Shown in pieces: positions 1 through 6,096 of a DNA stretch of 8,429 bases; position 1 is the stretch's first letter, and every line of letters begins with the position of its first letter. The notes beneath the pieces are model-generated. The model was not told the DNA's origin. It saw only the letters and a list, made by a program, of their open reading frames with translations, and ran no database searches. Location: the NCBI GenBank assembly GCA_046497275.1, contig JAWOFX010000070.1, forward strand, positions 1 through 8,429, read 5' to 3'. The position numbers were made by a program, and so were the translations under genes. The DNA is from Promethearchaeia archaeon. GTDB taxonomy: Archaea; Asgardarchaeota; Lokiarchaeia; Sigyniarchaeales; SOKP01.

Positions 1-1297
1 TTTTAATAGAATTGCCAATAAGATTTCTTATAGTGTTGAATTCTTGAATACTCTTCAAATACTCTTCTATTTCGGGAATATTTGCGCTTTTTAATAATTC
101 TCTAATCTTAGGGATTTTATCTAAGGAGGTTTTTATATTGATCAAATCCCTTGCATTTGTACGATTCACATAAGTAATACGATTAATATAACGTTCTAAG
201 TCTCCAACTACGCTTAATTCTTCTCTCAAATCCGATCGCAAAAAGATATCATCCTTAAATTTTTGTACAATATTTAGTCTATGGTTAATTTCATCAATCT
301 TTGTTAATGGTTGTAAAATTATTTTCTTAAGAAGACGGGCTCCCATAGGTGTTTCAGTGTGATTAAATACAGAAAATAGAGTAATATCTTTACCTTTTTC
401 CCATAACGATGTTATCAGTTCGAGATTTCTCTGGGTTGTATAATCTAAATGTAAAACATTTTTTTCTTTCAATAATTTAATTTTGAATATATTAGGTATT
501 AGATCTCTCTGTGTTTCTTTAAGAAATGCCAAAAGTCCTCCCGCGGCTTGAACTGCAACCTCAGAATCGTCCAATCCAAATCCTTTCAGATTGGATAGAT
601 TAAAATGTCTTTTAATGAGTTTATATGCTTGATCATACTCAAATGAATAATCATCATAGGTTTTCACAATTGCTTCGGTTATATCTGTCAAAAAAATGAA
701 TAATTTTTCATCTTTTTTTAAATTTGAAGGAATAATCAATTCTACAGGATTGAATCGAGCAAATAAACTGAGTAATTTTTCTATTGGATCTTTCTGATCA
801 TCTGAGTATTCTGCAGTAACAAATTCACCTGTAGATATATCTGCGAACGAACATCCAAATTCTCCGCTTTCCTTCACAAGAGATGCGATATAATTATTTT
901 CAGAGGAGTTCAGCATATCTGCTTCAGTAATCGTTCCAGGTGATAATATTCTTACAACCCCTCGTTTTACAATTCTTCCCTTCACTGTTGACGGATCTTC
1001 TAATTGCTCAACTAGTACTACCGTCTCTCCCTTTTTCACCAAGTTATTCAAATATTGACCTGCGTGGTGAGGGATTCCGGCTAATGGATATTCATCATCC
1101 CCTACTTTCCGTTTGGTTAGAGTAATGCCTAATAGTTTTGACACCCTTATTGCATCATCATAAAAAAATTCATAAAAATCTCCCATTCTATAGGCGATGA
1201 GATGCTCTGAGTATTTTTTCTTGATACTCCACCAGTGGCGTATCATAGGTGTTGCGTTTTTAGGATCAAAATCCTCTATTGACTCGATATAGGTCAT
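1..1297 (-). CDS. mutS: DNA mismatch repair protein MutS (MutS1 type), N-terminal 432 codons; continues beyond the left edge
   Basis: ATG at 1297-1295; open frame to the window edge. Translation MTYIESIEDFDPKNATPMIRHWWSIKKKYSEHLIAYRMGDFYEFFYDDA...PLAGIPHHA...VEQLEDP...VKRGVVRILSPGT (domain I with the GDFYE mismatch-recognition motif), ...LDYTTQRNLEL...TPMGARLLKK...GDLERYINRI (domain III). Not in the ORF track, presumably because its stop lies outside the window. Confidence 0.97.
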   Translation of the reverse strand, partial: MTYIESIEDFDPKNATPMIRHWWSIKKKYSEHLIAYRMGDFYEFFYDDAIRVSKLLGITLTKRKVGDDEYPLAGIPHHAGQYLNNLVKKGETVVLVEQLEDPSTVKGRIVKRGVVRILSPGTITEADMLNSSENNYIASLVKESGEFGCSFADISTGEFVTAEYSDDQKDPIEKLLSLFARFNPVELIIPSNLKKDEKLFIFLTDITEAIVKTYDDYSFEYDQAYKLIKRHFNLSNLKGFGLDDSEVAVQAAGGLLAFLKETQRDLIPNIFKIKLLKEKNVLHLDYTTQRNLELITSLWEKGKDITLFSVFNHTETPMGARLLKKIILQPLTKIDEINHRLNIVQKFKDDIFLRSDLREELSVVGDLERYINRITYVNRTNARDLINIKTSLDKIPKIRELLKSANIPEIEEYLKSIQEFNTIRNLIGNSIK

Positions 1298-1371
1298 GGA
1301 AACTTATTAAAAAAATATTGAGTCTTCTAAATTAATTATTATTTTAAGAACAATAAAATGATTCTAATAAT

Positions 1372-1460
1372 TCTTATTGTTAGAATTTTAATAATTTAAA
1401 AACTAAAAAGGCGTTCTAATATTTAAGTTCCTTCACTCATCAAATTTATTAAAAATTGAT
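1372..1460. repeat. Degenerate direct repeat, copy A (~89 bp; partner at 6097-6183)
   Basis: TCTTATTGTTAG-aa-TTTTAATAAT-t-TAAAA-ac-TAAAAAG-6nt-TAATATTTAA-gttcctt-CACTCA-tca-AATT-tat-TAAAAATTGAT is collinear with copy B; 67/89 identities by hand alignment. Confidence 0.85.
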
Positions 1461-1470
1461 AATGAATCTC

Positions 1471-3075
1471 TTAAAATTCATCCAATCTCTTAACATTACG
1501 AGTTCGATAATCAAATTGTGGGAAGTTAGGTAATTTTTTTCCGGTTTTTTTCTCATATTCATCAATAATAAAGTCTTGCATCTTATCATAATCAACAAAA
1601 TCAGCTCTTCCATCAAAATCATAGGGTATTATAATTAAAGTGACACCTTCTTTTTCAGATGCCCATTTTTTTAGGTAATCAAATTCTTGTTGAATTTCTA
1701 ATTTTTTAAGACCATAAATAGGAATATAATGTTGAATTCCATTAAATTCAAAAGCAAGCCTTAATCTCTCATTATATCCATCTAGTTCCAATCTATGATT
1801 TGTCAATCTTTTGAGCCATTTAGGTGAAGATTTAGGGAATTTCAGATCAAAAATGGACTCAAAAAAATATCTTGCTATTCTTTCACTTGTTCCCTCCGCA
1901 CATTTGGGGCACCATCTGCCTAATCTTATGTTTGAATATGTAGATAACCATGGTTTGTGTTTCTCTCCGCATTGCCATAGGAAGTGAGTTGTGGATTTGC
2001 TAGAATACTTTTCAAATTCTTTTTTTGATGTACAAAATTTTCCTGGTTTTCCTATTGACTCTATTCCTCTTTTTCTTGCCATAGATACCATATCATTATA
2101 AGTTAAAGGAGTATTGCTAGCACATGCTGGACACCACGATCCATAAAGAATACTATCTGGTCTTGCTAACCAAGGTGGATGTCCCTCAATTCCACATGAC
2201 CATTTAAATTTGGCTCTATTGGGAAAAGTAATCTCCTTAAGTTTTCTATATTCTTCTAGACTTGTCAATAACTCACCTGAAATATTATTTTCTTCACACC
2301 CTCTTCTAATAGCTAATTTTTTTAATCTTTCATACGTCCATGGCTTCTTCTCTCTTTCTTCAGGACACCAGCTCCCCTGGTTAATTTTTGCTGGAGTTAA
2401 CCAGAATTTATGACCCTTTTCACACACCCATAGAAATTCGGTGTGACTTATATACCCTTCAGTTTTAGCGGAATCAAAATCCTCTTTAGTGCTTAGTAAT
2501 TTACCTTTTTTCGATTTTGCGATTCTTTTAAGATCACTATATGTTAATATTGAATTTTTTATACGTAAGCTAAAGTCATCCAGCGATTTCCTGAATTCTT
2601 TAATTAAGTTTGATATAAATTCCTTTAAATAAGATTTCGATAATCCTAGATCCAAGCCTGAAGAACTTAATTCTGATACAACATTTTTTATTATTATTCT
2701 TTGTTTTGAATCATTAAGAGACATAACATATTGAGTTATCCTTAAAAGACTATGGAGATAAACCAAAATAGGTCTTCTAAATTCTTTAATCTTGAGCTTT
2801 TCAAATAATTCCTTTAATTCTGTAATTTTTTTGATATCTTTTTTAAGTAAAAATGATATCGATTTTTTAATTATAGTTCTATTTGATGCATTACTATATT
2901 CAGAAGATAATCTATAAAACATTTCTGCCAAAATAAGTCTTAATTTTCTAGGAAATTGAGTTATACACTCATCATCTTCAGAAATACGAATTAGATTTAC
3001 TTGATTGATATTGATTATATCATTTAATTTCTTTTCTCTTTCTCCATCATAGTCCTTATTCATTATGATACCCAT
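1471..3075 (-). CDS. Zinc-ribbon repeat protein with C-terminal Vsr/DUF559-like PD-(D/E)XK-superfamily endonuclease domain (534 aa; alternative start at 3063)
   Basis: Three internal repeats TY..(L/M)...A...G...F.W.C...H..W......I..G.WCP.(C/E) at about 2547-2356, 2343-2122 and 2109-1900. They are followed by SE398...LELD432GYN...AFE443FNGIQH449Y, matching the E...D...E.(D/N)G..H signature of Vsr-like nucleases. Confidence 0.8.
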   Translation of the reverse strand: MGIIMNKDYDGEREKKLNDIININQVNLIRISEDDECITQFPRKLRLILAEMFYRLSSEYSNASNRTIIKKSISFLLKKDIKKITELKELFEKLKIKEFRRPILVYLHSLLRITQYVMSLNDSKQRIIIKNVVSELSSSGLDLGLSKSYLKEFISNLIKEFRKSLDDFSLRIKNSILTYSDLKRIAKSKKGKLLSTKEDFDSAKTEGYISHTEFLWVCEKGHKFWLTPAKINQGSWCPEEREKKPWTYERLKKLAIRRGCEENNISGELLTSLEEYRKLKEITFPNRAKFKWSCGIEGHPPWLARPDSILYGSWCPACASNTPLTYNDMVSMARKRGIESIGKPGKFCTSKKEFEKYSSKSTTHFLWQCGEKHKPWLSTYSNIRLGRWCPKCAEGTSERIARYFFESIFDLKFPKSSPKWLKRLTNHRLELDGYNERLRLAFEFNGIQHYIPIYGLKKLEIQQEFDYLKKWASEKEGVTLIIIPYDFDGRADFVDYDKMQDFIIDEYEKKTGKKLPNFPQFDYRTRNVKRLDEF

Positions 3076-3127
3076 TTCTTAATTTCAATAAAAATATTTA
3101 AGCTCATTTTTTTCATCTTAAGCTTAT

Positions 3128-3175
3128 TACAAAGGTTTTATAAGATATTTCTATGGAGTTTACAAAACCTTTCTA
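3128..3175. promoter_or_regulatory. 16-bp imperfect inverted repeat (operator or back-to-back BRE/TATA-like elements)
   Basis: TACAAAGGTTTTATAA (3128-3143) and TTACAAAACCTTTCTA (3160-3175) are 14/16 complementary with a 16-bp spacer, in the divergent intergenic region. Confidence 0.5.
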
Positions 3176-3191
3176 TAATAACAAATAGATT

Positions 3192-3239
3192 TTTATATAT
3201 TTAAATATTTTCTATGTATTATCCATAAATCATAGAAAA
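3192..3239 (+). promoter_or_regulatory. Archaeal TATA box followed by a 9-bp inverted repeat over the expected transcription start of the AbrB-like gene
   Basis: TTTATATA at 3192-3199; TTTTCTATG (3208-3216) and CATAGAAAA (3231-3239) form a perfect 9-bp inverted repeat with a 14-bp spacer. Confidence 0.45.
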
Positions 3240-3281
3240 CTTTAGTAAAACCTTTTTTACATCTTAATATTAGATAAGATA

Positions 3282-3455
3282 ATGACTGAAGAGGATAATG
3301 AAGATCTTCCACCTGCTGTTAGCTTTACTGCTCCGCCCTCAAAACATGGAGATTATTATATTTTTCATATACCGAATAAATTAATTAAATCTGGAGAAGT
3401 AAATCCTGAATATTACTATAAAGTAATGATTAAACCATTAAAGAGAAGAGAATAA
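3282..3455 (+). CDS. Small AbrB/MazE/SpoVT-like swapped-hairpin DNA-binding protein (57 aa)
   Basis: ATG 3282 to TAA 3455: MTEEDNEDLPPAVSFTAPPSKHGDYYIFHIPNKLIKSGEVNPEYYYKVMIKPLKRRE. The pattern beta(SFTA)-K.G-beta(YYIFHIP)-helix(NKLIKSG)-beta(YYYKVMIKP) fits the swapped-hairpin fold. Shorter than every ORF in the track, so probably below its length cutoff. Confidence 0.7.
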   Translation: MTEEDNEDLPPAVSFTAPPSKHGDYYIFHIPNKLIKSGEVNPEYYYKVMIKPLKRRE

Positions 3456-3626
3456 GTTTTTATAATCGCTAAAAGGTGTTATATCGAATTCTAAATCTAA
3501 ATTATGAAGTTCCTTTTTGATCTTCTTTATTTTTGAATAATCCTCAGTAAAGATTTCTATTATATAACTATTATTATAAAGATTGTCAATCTCATAACTA
3601 TCTTTTCTATTTTTCATCATTTTCAT
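3438..3626 (-). CDS. Hypothetical small protein (62 aa; start may be 3620 or 3617)
   Basis: ORF track. Protein-like beta-alpha-beta pattern (YIIEIFT / DYSKIKKIKKELHNL / LEFDIT) and an upstream TATA-like palindrome; no family recognised. Confidence 0.5.
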   Translation of the reverse strand: MKMMKNRKDSYEIDNLYNNSYIIEIFTEDYSKIKKIKKELHNLDLEFDITPFSDYKNLFSSL

Positions 3627-3638
3627 ATAATATGATTC

Positions 3639-3652
3639 TTAAATATATTTAA
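3639..3652 (-). promoter_or_regulatory. TATA-like perfect palindrome upstream of the 62-aa ORF
   Basis: TTAAATATATTTAA (14-bp palindrome) lies 13-26 nt upstream of ATG 3626 and 22-35 nt upstream of ATG 3617. Confidence 0.35.
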
Positions 3653-3744
3653 AGAAAAAATTCATCAAATTAACTATTTCTTTTACTTATTATGAAAAGA
3701 ATCGAAATTTAAAATTTTCTAATTTTAATAAAACCTTTTAAATA

Positions 3745-5988
3745 TTAGTTTTCTAATAGATTTTCAGAAAATGTATGAATTGTATTTACGACATCCTTAA
3801 AATATATAATATTTTTCTCTAAGATTTTTTTATTCAAATAGATTGGTTCCTCTGGAGGGGATGATGCAAAATTAAGAACAGGAGAATCAATTTTAGAATG
3901 GATTACTATTTTTCTCCATTTAAAAAAATTTTGCATTTCTTCAAATATATGAGTTTTTTCATAAATATTTCCAACTATTATATTATAGGCTATATTATAT
4001 GACCTTTTAAATTGGTTCCAATCTTGAAAATTAATTTTTCTTTCTTCAATTAGAATTTTAAAAATGGATTTCCCAGATTCCTCAGACTTCTTGATAATTC
4101 TCTCTTTTTGGCTTACAAATCTTTTTAATACACCATCATAATCAATTAAATTTTCTTTATTCTTAAGAGATTGTTCAAGTTCAAGAAATCTTCTTATCCC
4201 ATAGATCTCAAAGGCAGAGACCGTCATAACTATTATCTGTTGGTATATAATCACCTTAAATCTGTAATTGATCTTATATTTATTATTCAAACTAACGTAT
4301 TTAAGTAGCATTTCTATATTTTTTATTTTTTCATCAAAAATTTTCTTTGAATTCTTACTTCCAATTTCTATTATCTTTAGAATGCCAATTTTATTTAATA
4401 CGATTTCCTTGGGATCTATCTGTTTTGATTCATGGACATGATTAATAATTTTATTGATTATATTAATAAGATTTATTATATTTTCAGAATATTCTTTATC
4501 TTCCAATTTAATATTCAAATGGACAACTTGTTGCCTTAGATGTAATAATCTGTTAAGGATCCTTTTATATTGGTTTGGAATAATTTTATTCAAATCTAAA
4601 TTTAAGACACATAAATATACTTTAAATATCTCTTTTAAATCTTGAAAATTAATGAAATTCTTGTTAAAAAACACTTCTATTTCCGAGAGATCTTTTTTTA
4701 ACGCATGGTTTTTTATTTTCTTGACTTTGGTCTCCCTAATTAGTGATGGAATAAACTTATTATATAATTTTTTTAGATTAATATTATTATTCTGTTTTGC
4801 TATTTCTATTAACCTTTCTCTAAAATAAATTTCTAAACCCGTAACTAATATAACAATAATTTGTTTATATAGTATTTTTTTTAAATTTAAATCAATATTA
4901 TTTTTTTGAATTTGATTAATAATAATTAATATATTTTCAATTTTAAAATCAAAAAGTTCCTTTGCATCTGAGATAACTAAGATTTCTTGAGATATATTAC
5001 TCAAAATATTCCTAATTTCAGGAATATTATCTTTTGAGGCATAATATTCAACAGTTCCCTTGTCTGTAGGACTTTTATATCTATCAGAATTACTGCTTGG
5101 TTTTCGTAATAATTGGATAGAATTTATTATAAACGGTAACAGATTAAAAGAATTACTATATTTCTTTCTTAAAGTTTCAGTTTTGATATTCTTAATAATT
5201 AAATAGAAGGAGGCGAAACATTTAAGATAATAAGTTAATGCTTTCTTGTATTCTAGGGAATATTGATATGTTGAGGCAATATTAAACAAAATTTTTACCG
5301 AAAGTGGTTTAAAATTATTTTTTTTTGCCTTTTTTAAAGCACGGAATTGATAATCCAGAGCTTTCTGATGTTCATTTTTATTGCCATAGATATTACCAAT
5401 ATTAAGTAATGATCTACATATACCGTGAATATCATTCATATTTTCAAAAATATCTAATGCTTTTTTTTGATATCGGAGTGCCTTATCTAATTCCCCTTTT
5501 TCTCTGAAAATGTTTGCTATATTGGAATAAGCAAGAGCTAAATTCTTTTTTTCAATCTTAAGATTATTAACTCCTTTCTCTTTGAAAAATTCTATTCTCT
5601 GTTCCTTTATTTCAATTTCTATTAGATGATACTTCTGAGCAGATTCTAATTTTTCTTTAGATTTTTCCAACCACCTCTTCATCTTTAAGTTCTGGAATTC
5701 CGCTTGAAAATTTACCGCTATACAACCATAAATATCAGAAATTCCCTTAGAATTCTTCAATTCCTTAAAAATATCCAAAGCTTTATTATAGTATTCATGA
5801 GCGGTTTGAAAATTCCCAACACGAGAATAAACGTTCCCAAATATTTTATATTGATGAGCAATAGAAATTTTATTTCCATTATTTTTGGCTTTTTGCAATA
5901 ATTCCCTTGCAAGATTTGTGGCTTTATCAAATTCTCCTTCCTTTATCCATAGTATAATTTTTTTATTTTCTTGATAAAACTCAGTCAT
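3745..5988 (-). CDS. TPR-repeat protein with two tandem C-terminal HEPN-like (RiboL-PSP-HEPN-like) domains, putative regulated RNase (747 aa)
   Basis: TPR motifs start at about aa 44, 151, 191 and 231 (e.g. ALAYSNIANIFREKGELDKALRYQKKALDIFENM). The C-terminal half is an internal duplication (aa ~340-521 and ~545-747) sharing FD.KI.NI, (L/I)Y.QIIV..V...EIY, INFQD and R-x4-H (R485QQVVH490; R692KIVIH697). Confidence 0.8.
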   Translation of the reverse strand: MTEFYQENKKIILWIKEGEFDKATNLARELLQKAKNNGNKISIAHQYKIFGNVYSRVGNFQTAHEYYNKALDIFKELKNSKGISDIYGCIAVNFQAEFQNLKMKRWLEKSKEKLESAQKYHLIEIEIKEQRIEFFKEKGVNNLKIEKKNLALAYSNIANIFREKGELDKALRYQKKALDIFENMNDIHGICRSLLNIGNIYGNKNEHQKALDYQFRALKKAKKNNFKPLSVKILFNIASTYQYSLEYKKALTYYLKCFASFYLIIKNIKTETLRKKYSNSFNLLPFIINSIQLLRKPSSNSDRYKSPTDKGTVEYYASKDNIPEIRNILSNISQEILVISDAKELFDFKIENILIIINQIQKNNIDLNLKKILYKQIIVILVTGLEIYFRERLIEIAKQNNNINLKKLYNKFIPSLIRETKVKKIKNHALKKDLSEIEVFFNKNFINFQDLKEIFKVYLCVLNLDLNKIIPNQYKRILNRLLHLRQQVVHLNIKLEDKEYSENIINLINIINKIINHVHESKQIDPKEIVLNKIGILKIIEIGSKNSKKIFDEKIKNIEMLLKYVSLNNKYKINYRFKVIIYQQIIVMTVSAFEIYGIRRFLELEQSLKNKENLIDYDGVLKRFVSQKERIIKKSEESGKSIFKILIEERKINFQDWNQFKRSYNIAYNIIVGNIYEKTHIFEEMQNFFKWRKIVIHSKIDSPVLNFASSPPEEPIYLNKKILEKNIIYFKDVVNTIHTFSENLLEN

Positions 5989-6036
5989 AATTTTTTGGAT
6001 TAATTTATCGCTTTTTTTCCAGTTTTTGTTCTTAAG

Positions 6037-6052
6037 ATTTTTTATAAAAAAT
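6037..6052. promoter_or_regulatory. Palindromic TATA-like element upstream of the TPR-HEPN gene
   Basis: ATTTTTTATAAAAAAT is a 16-bp perfect palindrome containing TTTATAAA, about 50-65 nt upstream of ATG 5988. Confidence 0.3.
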
Positions 6053-6096
6053 TATCTTCATAATAATTATATTTTTTACGATATTTAAAAAAGAAC

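Noticed and set aside
940-1125. ORF-track 61-aa plus-strand ORF
   Set aside because: Antisense shadow entirely inside mutS domain I; no recognisable motif.
1349-1385. Integron attC interpretation of the repeats (GTTAGAA at 1379 and GTTAGGT at 6104 resemble the GTTRRRY core; AACAATAA/TTATTGTT inverted pair at 1349-1381)
   Set aside because: The AAC...GTT hairpin spans only about 33 nt, is not reproduced at copy B, and no paired R''/R' boxes follow the stops in gene orientation. An IntegronFinder run would settle it.
2210-2413. ORF-track 67-aa plus-strand ORF
   Set aside because: Antisense to the Zn-ribbon repeats of the nuclease, whose strand carries the conserved motifs.
4454-4645. ORF-track 63-aa plus-strand ORF
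   Set aside because: Antisense to HEPN1 of the 747-aa gene; shadow ORF.
4861-4920. Very low GC in the TPR-HEPN gene (5/60 G+C here versus 29/60 at 1021-1080 in mutS) as evidence of foreign origin
   Set aside because: These are hand-picked extremes. Other parts of mutS are also AT-rich (14/60 at 421-480), and an Ile/Lys/Asn-rich protein explains low GC. A sliding-window or codon-usage analysis against the genome would be needed.
5318-5552. A8-A9 runs on the coding strand of TPR-HEPN (5318-5326, 5461-5468, 5545-5552) as phase-variation or slippage sites
   Set aside because: The frame is intact, and such runs are expected from Lys codons in an AT-rich genome.
5704-5901. ORF-track 65-aa plus-strand ORF
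   Set aside because: Antisense to the TPR region; shadow ORF.
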